Source: the human T2T-CHM13v2.0 reference genome, Homo sapiens. Taken from it: a DNA stretch of 64,000 nt. Positions 51,960 through 64,000 of the stretch are shown here, one piece after another. The DNA is taken from NCBI RefSeq assembly GCF_009914755.1, contig NC_060933.1; one strand, written 5' to 3'. Every line of letters starts with the position of its first letter. Position 1 is the stretch's first letter. The position numbers and the translations under genes were made by a program. The notes beneath the pieces are model-generated. The model did not search any database and was not told where the DNA came from. It was given only the letters and a program-made list of their open reading frames with translations.

Positions 51960-52815
51960 CTAAGGGACAGAGAAACCCACCCGAAAGAACTTACAATAGC
52001 CAAAGCTAGAATAATTTGAGCAATCAAATAAATAACATAGTACAGGATTATAGCTTAAAGTATAAAATAAATATACACAAGCCCATACTGATATAGAGAA
52101 ATGATTTGACAAATAAATAGGAGAGAAGAAACAAGTCTTTTTGCAGAAGAATTTCAAATACTTTAGTAGACAGTATCCACCTAGAAAGTGGAGCTTGGCC
52201 ACTGCCAGTCCCACTCCCACCTTCCTCCCCTCACCTTGAGTGACTTGCTTCAAAAGAAAATAATATGGAAAAAGGAGAAAGTAACTTTACGGTGGAAAAA
52301 CCTGGCAAATACTACCTTGGTAGGTGACCAAGTTTAACATGAAAAGTCAGAAGTCGTGTTGATATCATGACCCCTCCGATATGATGTGAAAAGGGGGGCA
52401 TGTTACCTCTGTGAAACACATAACACCAATCCAATCATGAGAAAAAATAGGGACATTCACAAAATTCCTAACCAATACTTCTCAAACTGCCAAGGGCATA
52501 AAAAGTGGGAAAAGACTGAGAAACTGTCATGGACCAGAGAAGACTAAGGAGACATGGTGACCAAATCCAATGTGGCATTCTGATGGGGTCCTGGAATAAA
52601 TAAACTATGCTAGTGAAAAACTGGTGAATTCCGCCTAACACCTGGAGCTTAAAGTAATGTGCCAGTGTTGATTCCTTAGTTTTGACACATGTACCATGGT
52701 GATGTAAGATGTTAACAGTGGGGGAAACTGACTAAGGGGGACACAGAAATTGTCTGCACTAACACTGCAACTTTTTTGTAAATGTAAAATTATTCCATAA
52801 AAAAATGTGTATTTA
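51960..52815 (+). mobile_element. L1MD-like 3' region
   Basis: agccaaagctagaataatttgagcaa..taactttacggtggaaaaacctggcaaa..gtaagatgttaaca..ctgcaactttt. Confidence 0.8.
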
Positions 52816-53026
52816 AAAGGTGGAAAGAGGTAGAAACAGAAGACAAATAGCCCAAAATAAAAATGGGTAAAGATAATAAATGGAAAATTCACAAAGGAGG
52901 AAACATAAATTGCAATGAATTTATAAAAAGATACTCAACTTTATAATAAATAAGGGAAATGCAAACTAAAATGAAAATGAAACATTTTTCAAGTTTGATA
53001 ATGTAAATTGGGGAAAGTGAGTATTT

Positions 53027-53168
53027 TTTTTTTTTTTTTTTGTATTTTTAGTTGAGACAGGGTTTAACCCTGTTAGCCAGGATGGTCTCGGTCTCCTGAC
53101 CTCATGATCTGCCTGCCTCGGCCTCCCAAAGTGCTGGGATTACAGGCATGATCCACTGTGCCCGGTCC
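53027..53168 (-). mobile_element. Left-arm-only AluY-type monomer with its own TSD
   Basis: TSD GAAAGTGAGTATTT at 53013-53026 and 53170-53183; diagnostics gttagccaggatggtctcg, gacctcatgatc. Confidence 0.9.
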
Positions 53169-53249
53169 TGAAAGTGAGTATTTCAGTAAATTACTGGGAA
53201 GTATAAATTAGTACGCTTACTTCACAAAGCAGTTTGGCAGTATGCATTA

Positions 53250-53580
<331 letters not shown>

Positions 53581-53681
53581 CACCACCACAACAATCAACA
53601 GCAAACATTTAAAACATGCAACAGCCCAGCAGCCCAGCAATTCCACTGCTTATTAACTACCTAGAGAAATGCTTTATATGG

Positions 53682-54060
53682 TAATATGGTTTGGCTCTGT
53701 GGCCCCACCGAAATCTCACCTTGAATTGAAATCCTCATTTCCCCATGTGTCAGGGGTGGGACCAGGTGGAGGTAATTGGATCATGGGGGTGGTTTCCCCC
53801 ATGTTGTTCTTGTGATAGTGAGTGAGTTCTCATGACATCTGATGGTTTTATAAGCATCTGGCATTTCCCCTGCTTGTACTCACTTCATCCTGCTGCCTGG
53901 TGAAGAAGGTACCTGCTTCTCCTTTGCCTTCCGCCATGATTGTAAGTTTCCTGAGGCCCCCCACAGCAATGCAGAATTGTGAGCCAATTAAACCTCTTTC
54001 TTTTATAAATTACCTAGTCTCAGGGATTGCTTCATAGCAGCTTGAGAACAGGGTAATACA
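53682..54060 (+). mobile_element. THE1D-like MaLR solo LTR
   Basis: taatatggtttggctctgt..ccatgattgtaagtttcctgaggcc..taataca; TSD tatgg/tatgc. Confidence 0.92.
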
Positions 54061-54604
54061 TATGCGCATAATGAGTCCTACGTGTAAGTATTCATTGCAA
54101 CATTGTTTAAAATAGCAAACAATTGAAAATAATGTGTCAATCAGTAGGGGATTATTAAAAATGTTCATTCATAATCTGGAATACTATGTTTCATTAAGAA
54201 GCTCGACTTATGCATAATGTATAGTATGTATGTTGTATAATGTATATATACGTATAATGTTTATGTAATGTATAATATATAATGATAGATATAATGTGCT
54301 GTGTAATGGAAAGATCCATGAAATATGTTGTTGATTGATAATAATTCATTTACAGAAAGCCACATTCTCATTGAGGTAACACATAGAAACACATGTAAAA
54401 TAATAATCTCTGAAGTACACACACTGTATGCAAATCTAAGAAAAAGATCTGCAAGGATCCATGTTGAAGTAAAAATAGTGTTTACCTTGGATAGCAGACT
54501 AGGTAGAAAATGCAATATATGGGTATCTGAAGAAGAGGGCAGTGATACTTTGAAAATAATGTATTTTTATTTGTTATATAATTAAGAAGCAAGTTAAAAT
54601 AAAT

Positions 54605-54755
54605 AACCTCCTTGGGACTTGTTAAAGATGTTCAGTTTTCTAGAAATTAGAAATTCAGTAGGTCATTGGTGGGGCCCAGAAATCTGAATTGTTAACAAAT
54701 GCTTTGGATGATTCTAAGGCAGTGGACATATGAGACACTGCATTCAAGAATCTGG
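54605..54755 (-). mobile_element. MER5A-like
   Basis: ttcagtaggtc..gtggggcccagaaatctg..taacaa. Confidence 0.65.
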
Positions 54756-55439
54756 AAGGTAGCAAGTATGTTTTTAAGTTGCGTTCCATATATTACTGAC
54801 TTCACTGAGCCAGGCAGGATTAATTTTATATGTCCCACAACCAGTCTTAAAATTTGAAAGGGCCCAAGCTGTGACCCAAATGAGAAACAAGACAAAAGAT
54901 TAAGGCAGATGGAAGATAAAAATGTCATCTTCATTATCTATAAAGCTGATATTGGAGGATGCTTCTGTCTATGGACAGATCTTCATAATATTAAATTGCA
55001 TAATTAAACAAACTTACCTACTCAGTCATGCAGGCTGGTCTCCACTTTTATTTATGACCAAGAACATGTGTTGTCTTCAGTCAGATTCACCTCCATGAGT
55101 AAGAGAAGTACTACCCAATATATTCTTTCTTGAACTTTTCATTCCTTTTCTCCTGAGGAGCAGTGAGTAAGGGACTGCTCACTGGATCATCCTAGTCAAG
55201 GTCTTCCCACATGGAAAGAAACAGCTTAGAATAGGGAAGGACGGAACCCCTAACAAAGCAGGACTATACGAGAAAAAACCATGGCATTGTTCAAAGAAGC
55301 CGCACTCTTAGGAGACAAGTCTATCATTAGTATCTTCGAACTAATGGTTCAATCTTTCAATTCCATGTGTCTCCATATTTTATTAAAATTGAATTCACCT
55401 TTTTTATATGTGATAGATTAGTAAAATAATAGTTGTCAA

Positions 55440-55878
55440 TTTTTTACTTCTTTCTGTATCCATGACCTTTTGGGGTCCCCACTTAACACTCACTCTGGGC
55501 TTCACCATAATTTTTTTGGCCAGTGGAACTTGAAAATGAGACTTAAAGTCTGTTTGCATACTGGGTCTTGGAACATTTGCCAGTGCCACCATATGAATAG
55601 GCCTGGGCTAATTATTGGAAGATCAGAATCAGATAGCCAAGATACTCCCATTGCCCCAGCTGAATATTGCACACAGCCTCCAGACCTGTGAATGAGGTCA
55701 TCTGACACCAGCCAGCACCAGATGACCCGCCAAATGACTGCAGACATGTGAGTGAACCCAGATGAGATCAGAAGCCTGGCCTGAACCAGAGAAAGACCCA
55801 CCCAGCAGTATTGTCAACTAACAAAGTGGCTAAGTGGCTAAGTTTTGGGCTGGCTCTGCAGCAAAAGCTAAATGATTC
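55440..55878 (+). mobile_element. MLT1G/H-like LTR
   Basis: ccagacctgtgaatgaggtcatc..gactgcagacatgtgagtgaaccca..gcagcaaaagctaaatgat. Confidence 0.75.
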
Positions 55879-57569
55879 TCTATATTGCAGGAACTATATA
55901 GCTACATAATATCCTATATTTTCCTTCTGTACTTTATAATGTGGAAATTGTGAAACTTCCTAATGCTAAAAATGTAAGTACTATTTTATGATCTGATCTT
56001 TACGAAATAAAACTAGACAAAATTTAACACAACCATTTTAAATCTGTAGGGTTTGTTTTTTAGTTTGCTCTCCTGACACTCATACCCAAACTCTAAGTGA
56101 ACATTCTATAGTTAAATATAAATTTGACAGTCTCACTTCTAAGGAACTACAGTAATGGTTGTGGAGTCAACTTGCATAATAACTATATTTAAATATAAGC
56201 ATCTTGATTAGTTTAGGGCGTTGTTCTCAGGACCATGCCCTTGGACAATACTGAGAAATACTCTGAGTCTTAGTACGTTCCTAGGAAGAAATTGAGTATA
56301 TACTTCTTTCCCGTGTGATGGTTTAAGGAGGGCATTAGTAAGCTTGAGTGTTGCAAACATGCCACCCTTCCCAATCGTGTTTTTACCAGGGGCTAGTTTG
56401 AACTGTGTATTGGTGGGGAACTGTTTGAATATTCAAACATAATGAGTTTCATCGTTTATGTAACTTTGCCTTTACATGGTTATACATGGTTTATTTACTC
56501 TGAGGAATTGGTACAACTTTGCCTATAAATAATAGGATGTTACTTAACTTTCCAGAATTCTCCATGAAAGGGGCCATCAAAATGGAACAGTCATCTCAGC
56601 AGATCTGAAAGGAGTGACTTCAGATGCTGCCTGCCAGGAATAATCAACTACTGCTTTCCAATTCATAAACAGTCCAGGACTCAAACCTCTCCCCTATTCT
56701 ATCTCAGTCCAACCTCAGTGACTCATCTAACATGGTGCTCCAGCACCCAGAACCACCACCAACAGTTCTATCATCCTCCGCTTTGTTGTTCTACTCCCCA
56801 GATTATCCCAGCTACTTTGGAGATCTTTGGTGAATGCCATCAAGGTTGACAAATGCATACTGTTTGTTGCAATCAAAGCTATTTTAACACAATTGGCTAT
56901 AGTGGAGAAACGTCCAGAGGAATAAGGTTGAAGTATTTAAAATTTCTCACTTAGTTTTAAGTTGTAACTCACCTCACGGAAACACCAAAAGCTAAAGAGA
57001 AATTTCTTTGCCAAAATCAATCTTATGAAATAATGTATTTTGGTACATGCTGAGAGATTACCAGTAAGAACGACAGCAAACCCCATTAAACATCTGCACC
57101 TACTTAAAGCCACAAGTTTTTGCGCTGGCATGAATGTCATGCATTCTAAAGTGATTCTTATTGTTTAAATTAAGGGCGGTGGCATCCATTTTGTTTACTT
57201 GTAGCAGTGTGATTGCCATTAAAAGAATACATTTGATTGTTTTACATTTTCATTCCTAAGAGCAAAGCAAACTCAAAGCAGGAGCTGCTTATCGTGCACA
57301 AGTGTAAGCATATATGCTCACCACAGGAAAAGAGAGCGGAGATTTTGGTAACCACTGCAAAATGCTAAGTATGACTGTAACACCACCTTAGGTAAAATAC
57401 TGGCTTTAGGGGTGATAGAAGTTTACCATGCATTCTTTTTGGAAGGAAGTGGTTCTGAATATTAGTGCCTTGTCCTCTCTGCTTTATTCTAGCTGATTCA
57501 ATGAGAGAGGTAAATCGTTTATTTTGTTCCTAGAAAAATGAGACATCCTTATCCAACTCTATTTATTGT

Positions 57570-57800
57570 TGTTTTAAGCCAAGGCAAGAACTTTAAAATA
57601 AGAATGCAGTGGTTACCTCTGTAAAATTGAGGGTGGATGGAAGGACAGGCAACTGCAAAAATATACAAGAGCGCTTTTTGTAGTGAAGGGAATTTTTTGA
57701 TATCTTAATTGGGGTGGTTACATGGGTATGCGCATTTGTCAAAACCCATCAAACTGTACACTTAAAATATGTACCTTGTATTTTTAAATGAGAATAAAAT
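57570..57800 (+). mobile_element. L1ME 3' end
   Basis: gtggttacatgggtatgcgcatttgtcaaaacccatcaaactgtacacttaaaat. Confidence 0.8.
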
Positions 57801-57804
57801 AAGA

Positions 57805-58065
57805 ATGAGGAGGCCAAGTCAAATAGGGTTTTATAGACAGTGGTAAAAGATTTGGGTTTTGCTGTGTGTGAGATGCAAATTCACTGGAGGTTTTTCAGTG
57901 AAGGAGTGATACGGTCTCATTTGTGTTTTGAGGCAAACTCTGTCCATGGCAAAGCCTGAAGGAAGGAGACTGTCCAGGGGGCTGCTATTGCAATCGTCCA
58001 GGAAAGACCGGATGTTGGCCAGGCAGAGGTGATTGTGGTGGAGGTGGTGAGAAGTGGTGGTACTT
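57805..58065 (-). mobile_element. L2 fragment
   Basis: cactggaggttttt..ggagtgata..ggctgctattgcaatcgtccagg..ggaggtggtgagaagtgg. Confidence 0.75.
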
Positions 58066-58066
58066 C

Positions 58067-58465
58067 TGCTGTGGACTTTGTGCTGTGCTGTGCTGTGCTG
58101 TCCAGATCCGCCTAGACATGTGTGAAAAATTTAAGCCCCAGCTGCTGGGAAGGTTTCGTTGCCAGCGCTCCGAACTGTCTCTTCTGAAGACAGCCACTTG
58201 CTGGTTTCCTGGAGCAGCCCAAACACAATGATAGGTTGATGCAGGGCTATAAAGGCCTGCTCTGTGGCCACTCCTGAAGGGCCATCCCAGCCTTCAAGTT
58301 CCCTGCAGGGTTGGTTGAGGCCTTGTGACTGCAGCTCAGCCCACTCCTCTCTGCCATCCTGCTTCTCTCCCTTTCCCCATGCAGGTGTCAATTCTACAAA
58401 CACTCTCTGATAAATGCTCACCTCTGTCTCAGAAGCTGATTCCTGGGGAACCCAATCTGTGATGA
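58067..58465 (+). mobile_element. LTR16C-like solo LTR
   Basis: ccccagctgctggga..gggctataaaggcc..ctgaagggccatcccagc..ttcctggggaacccaa. Confidence 0.8.
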
Positions 58466-58589
58466 TTTCTAATAGAAGGAGATTCCATTTCTTATTGGTC
58501 TATAAATGAAAGATAGGAACCTCATCCCCTCATCTAGTCATGTATGATGGGTTGTGATTATCTAGATGTATTACTCAATGATGAGCCTC

Positions 58590-58720
58590 TCCCACCCTCT
58601 GCTCCTAACTGGCCATGGGGCACTGGCAGCCATTTAACTTCTTTGCTCCTCAGTTTCATCTTCTGTAAAGTAAGGAACAATTTAATCAAACGGGATATTC
58701 CAGATTTTTTTCAAATTTTG
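58590..58720 (+). mobile_element. MIR fragment
   Basis: catttaacttctttgctcctcagtttcatcttctgtaaa. Confidence 0.65.
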
Positions 58721-59704
58721 TGATGAAATTCATTAGAAATATTAAAAGTATCTAAAAACCAGCTTATTATTTTGTTGAAGGGACTCTTGATCTTGTCTTT
58801 TCTTGATTCATTCCCTGCTTATTTGCTGTTTTTCAATTGTCATGTGTATCTCTAAAAGGTACATAGGAGACATGAAAGATTAGACTAAGCCTACCACTCC
58901 TGTAAATTATTTGCAAAACTAAGACTGAGTTGGAGAAGATTGTTGTGAAGAACTCTAAGCTTGATTTCTTGTTTTTTTGTTTGTTTGTTTGTTTTCTTTT
59001 TTGCATATTTAGTCTCCGCCCTAATGATTCTAAGTGGCTCCAAGTCACTGCCTGACTTGATATAGCTCTCCTGGGTCTTGATCGTCTCTCATGCCATTTG
59101 ATTAAGGCAAACTTGTTTCACTCTTTACACATGTTTCCACTGCCTGAAACATTCATAACTCTTAGCACAGTTAACTCCTACTCATCTTTTAGCTCTCAGC
59201 TGAAAAGTTACACCTTCAAGGAATTTTTTTCTTGACTATCATTCTTGCCTGGTGATTACAACCTGCTTGGAACATTCCCATAGGCTTACTCCATGCTGTG
59301 GGGAGATTTCTAGGAAACTACATGTAACTCAACATGTGAGTAACAGTGATGGTGAACCCAACTCCAATATAAAAAATAAGCGAATTGTTTAAAAAATCTT
59401 TTTTAGTTACTAATAGCAACACATTACTGGTAATACATTTCAAAACAAATTATTGGTAATTTGTTACACAGCACTGGTTGGTCACTATACCAAACAAAAT
59501 TTGGAATCTTTGCTTTATTTTATACAATATAAGTAAGGAAAGAAAGTAAACAAATGCATCCTGATTTTGTAAATTTAACTTTTCTTTGAAGGTTTTTTCC
59601 TCTTTGTGGCATGGGCAATAAGGATGGGGAAGTAATGATTACACGTTCAACCACCTTTGATGTGTCGGCAAGGAAAGAAATATTTATATGCCTTTCTGCA
59701 ACAC

Positions 59705-60194
59705 TGTGTGATAGACTTAAGATCTCAGGGTGCAAATTCATTGACAGTCTTCTCCTGAAGAAGTGGGGTCTATGTCTCCACTTGATTCTGGGCAGGCATT
59801 ATGACTGCTTTTACAAATAGAATAAGAAATGACATTGTACCAGGTTCTAGTCTCAGACCTTAAGAAACAAGCAGCTTTGATTTTCTGTTTCTGGGAGCCC
59901 CAAGGCTATGTTTAGATGCTCCAGATGACAGAACTAGCTAAATTCAGGCTCCTAGCCCCTTCTTCCAAGAAGCCAGATATGAGAATGAAGCCATTTTGGA
60001 CTCACTAGACCAGCCCACCCACCAGCTGATACCTCCAGGTAACCTACATTTATACCATGTGGAGCAAAAGAATCATCTAGCTGAGCCCAAGCCACATTTT
60101 TGACACACACAAATGTGAGATGCAATCAGATGATTGTGCTTTTAAGTCACTAACTTGGGGGTAGTTTGTTACACAGTAATTGATAACCAGAGCA
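59705..60194 (+). mobile_element. MLT1H-like LTR
   Basis: agaagtggggtctatgtctcc..gagaatgaagccattttgga..gtagtttgttacacagtaattgataaccagagca. Confidence 0.8.
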
Positions 60195-60380
60195 CCCTAA
60201 TTGACATACTTTTTCTTCTGTGGTTTTGTTTTTCATTACTTACATAGTCAATATATCTAGCTGCAGTGTGTCTACACCACTAAAGAAAACAAATTGTCTT
60301 TTCTTTGTTTCCAAAGTCCTTTTGTATTCAGAGTCGAAAGAGAAGTTTAATGAACAATGGAGCCATCCATTATTTGTTGG

Positions 60381-60745
60381 TGAATGAGTCTGTTTTCATG
60401 CTGCTTATAAAAACATACCTGAGACTGTGTAATTTATAAAGAAAAAGAGGTTTAATGGACTCACATTTTCTTGTGGCTGGGGAGGTCTCATGATCATGGC
60501 GGAAGGTAAAAGGCATGTCTTACGTGGTGGCAGGCAAAGAGAGAGAGTGAGAATCAAGTGAAAGGGGAAACCCCTTATCAAACCATTAGGTCTTGTGAGA
60601 CTTATTCACTACCACAAGAATAGTATGGAGGAAAGTGCCCCCATGATTCAATTATCTCCCAGCGAGTCCCTCCCATGACACATGGGAATTATGGGAGCTG
60701 CAATTCAAGATGAGATTTGGGTGAGGACACAACCAAACCATATCA
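60381..60745 (-). mobile_element. THE1B-like MaLR solo LTR
   Basis: Antisense LTR ending ccaaaccatatca; perfect TSD GTTGG at 60376-60380 and 60746-60750. Confidence 0.95.
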
Positions 60746-60777
60746 GTTGGTAAAGCATAAACTATTTAAAAAAACAA

Positions 60778-61045
60778 AGCCAAGGAGGAAGGAGGACTGC
60801 TTGAGGCCAGGAGTTTGAGACCAAACTGGGCAATGTAGCAAGATCCCATCTCTACAAAACTAAAAAAAATAATTAGCTGGGTGTAGTGGTCCATGTAGTC
60901 CTGCTACTTGGGAGGCTGAGGCAGGAGGATCACTTAAGCTCAGGAGTTCAAGGCTGCAGTGAGCTATGATTGTGCCACAGTACTCCAGCCTGGGCAATAA
61001 AGCGAGACTGTCTCTAAAAATAAAAAAATACAAAAATAAAAAAAA
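60778..61045 (+). mobile_element. 5'-truncated AluJ
   Basis: gcttgaggccaggagtttgag, ggctgcagtgagctatgattg. Confidence 0.9.
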
Positions 61046-61084
61046 GGAGAAAAATCCAAACAACTTGTTTCTAAAGAAAGATGA

Positions 61085-61199
61085 GCCAGGCATGGTGGCT
61101 CACTTTGGGAGGTCAAGGTGAGCTGATTGCTTGCGCCCAGGAGTTCCAGACTAGCCTGGGCAACATGGCAAAATCCTGTCTCTACAAAAAAAAAGAGGG
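61085..61199 (+). mobile_element. FLAM_C / AluJ left monomer
   Basis: Monomer with TSD AAGAAAGATGA at 61074-61084 and 61200-61210. Confidence 0.85.
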
Positions 61200-61583
61200 A
61201 AGAAAGATGAGCTTTATTGTACCCTGTACCCTGTCTCAGAGGAGTATCTATTTTGAATGTAACTCCTCCCACCTTGCCGTTTTTTGCTTGCTAATACTGA
61301 ATTCAATTTAACCTTTTTAAAAAGAAGCATAATATTCATTGTATACAGTGTTGGTAGTTTTCAGTGCCATATATTTGCAATAGTTCACATTTGGCATGGG
61401 GTGTAATGCTTAGCCGGCCCCTTTCTATGCTCACAGAACTTCCTCCCTCTCCATCTATTCTTCTTTGCCCTCACATTTTGCTAGGATAATCAAAAGCTTC
61501 TCAAAGTCTGGCTCACATTCTATTTGCATAAAAATCAAACATTTCATGAATTAGAATCCCAGGAGTGCAGCACAGGAATTTAC

Positions 61584-61904
<321 letters not shown>

Positions 61905-62485
61905 TGATCTTATGCTCAAATTACTGTCTTTAGGGACATTTAACTCTCCTTGCTTTTAGCCCCTCCCCATTATGGCATTTCAGTGTGAGTCTTTTAATAC
62001 CATGTAACAGCTTTAATCTGCTATGGCTTCTAAGTTATCTGCTTTCCCTTCATCTCCCGGGTTATTTCTATGTTCTGTCATTTTAGGTCTCCTTTGTTTC
62101 TTAATTACTAAACTGACTAATAATCCAAGGGCTCTAAATATAATATTTAAATCTATTGGTCTCTTTTTTGCTGATCTATTTGTTTTTGTTTCTGTTAGAG
62201 GTTTAGAGTTTTTTTCTCTCAAAGACATTATAATGGCAGAAACATTTTCATTATACTTAGATTATCACATTTTTTTTCTGATTTTAATCGTTTCAATTAG
62301 CTGGAAAAAGAGCTGCTTGACACAGTTTTGACCTTCCTCTGAATATTTTGATATTTGTATTGTCTGCTTTTCATAACACACCCATGTGTTTTTCACATAA
62401 TCAGGTGAATATTACAATATTTAAGCATTTCAGTGGCACCAATGCATATTTGAACCCTGAACTAGCCAATCAAGACTCACAAGGA

Positions 62486-62807
<322 letters not shown>

Positions 62808-64000
62808 TCAGGAAACCAAAATGATATGTCCTTAGCACCTGAAAAAATATGCAGAAACTCAGTTACATATGGAATTCATTAGGCGTTTTCTTTGTCCATT
62901 CCTGACCAGTTTTCTTACCACCCACCCCATGAAAAGTAGGTGATCTGGGTGAGTTCATTCACATGCCCTGGTTCAATTTCTCAAGAACATGTATTGATCA
63001 CTGCCATAGTTCAAAGGAGGGCCTTGAGTAGGGAGGTGGGAGTGGGGGTCTTTGAAAGCAGTAGGGAATGAAGGGAGGAGCCCACTTGGAGCTGGGATTC
63101 TTGAACTCCCAGTCAATGCAGAGAATGCAGTGATTTATGAACTGTACTGTACTAAGCTACGGTAAAATTGTTTGGTACAATTTAGGGCATACTACATTTC
63201 TCCAGACACAGTGATTTCATTTCAACCTGAACAGTTACTCTGCAGTCTATAAAATATTGACATTGCCTTTCTAAACATATACATTATTTACTGTACAGTG
63301 TATAAAATATTTATGTGATTTTCTCTAAAGATACTGTATGTAGTGCATTATTTTTATCCACTTTTTCCCCCTCCTAGAGGCAGGCATGCCATGAACTGGA
63401 AAATGTTTTTGAGATCAAGGAAAAGCAGCAAAAAGGAAGGCGTTACTACTTAACTGAGAGAGGAGATAAAAATCTTTGTTCTTGATGGTCTTGATCCCAC
63501 CTGCCTGGGTGCTGCAGCTCAGTGCTGCCTGAGAAAGCAAGTGACCAAGAGGAGCAGAAGACTACCAGGTATCAGGTGCTTTGGGTTGACTATGAAGAGC
63601 TAGAAAAGAAACTCAATATTCACCCATCCAAATTTTCAAGGAAAAAAGGAAGAAAAACCTGCATATGCACAACGTCTAAGACATAACAAAACATGAATCA
63701 CTCATCTGTCACGATTGCCTACAGTACAGTATAAACTTCATACTCACCATCTTGACCAAATAGTTGCTATCCTCTTACTTCACTTGGTTTAGCTTCAGAG
63801 ACATTTTCTCTGAGGTGCAGCAGAAAATGTGAAAGGGAGAACTGAAGCATTCATTGAGAAACTTTGAGCTGGTAACATGCAATTGTGATTCCCTAAATCC
63901 TTAGTAAAATTTACACAGCACTCCAAGTAAATAAGATTTCTAATTTCTCCAATATCTCTTAAACTTTTCACATCATTTGGAATAAATACTTTGACATGAA

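Noticed and set aside
56422-56439. Perfect 18-bp palindrome TGTTTGAATATTCAAACA
   Set aside because: A single isolated 9-bp-arm palindrome is near chance expectation in 64 kb of AT-rich DNA.

Overview
Primate, most likely human, AT-rich non-coding genomic DNA. The AluJ/S/Y, L1PA and THE1 elements fix it as primate. I could not identify the locus. I find no credible intact protein-coding gene, tRNA/rRNA, CRISPR array or CpG island. The longer ORFs I checked are decayed L1, L2, CR1 or ERVL coding remnants, Alu read-throughs or low-complexity chance ORFs. Much of the window is interspersed repeat: about 14 Alu copies (most with visible TSDs), one decayed full-length L1PA15/16-like element (26.75-33.46 kb, minus), an internally deleted two-LTR ERVL provirus (36.1-37.3 kb), many MaLR/ERVL solo LTRs, hAT MITEs, MIRs and L2s, often nested. 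Best candidates for a second look: (1) a short old L1 insertion whose TSDs imply both a 5' inversion and a ~120-bp 3' transduction (50.4-51.1 kb); (2) two clusters of plus-strand splice-site-bounded candidate exons (0.6-4.4 kb and 44.4-50.0 kb) that may be spliced lncRNA(s); (3) a near-perfect 27-bp hairpin at 18.7 kb; (4) a cluster of four short dyads including paired AP-1 sites at 14.7 kb; (5) a TSD-flanked left-arm-only AluY. I see no evidence for a new multi-gene system. Repeat subfamily names come from recalled consensus sequences, and boundaries without TSDs are approximate.
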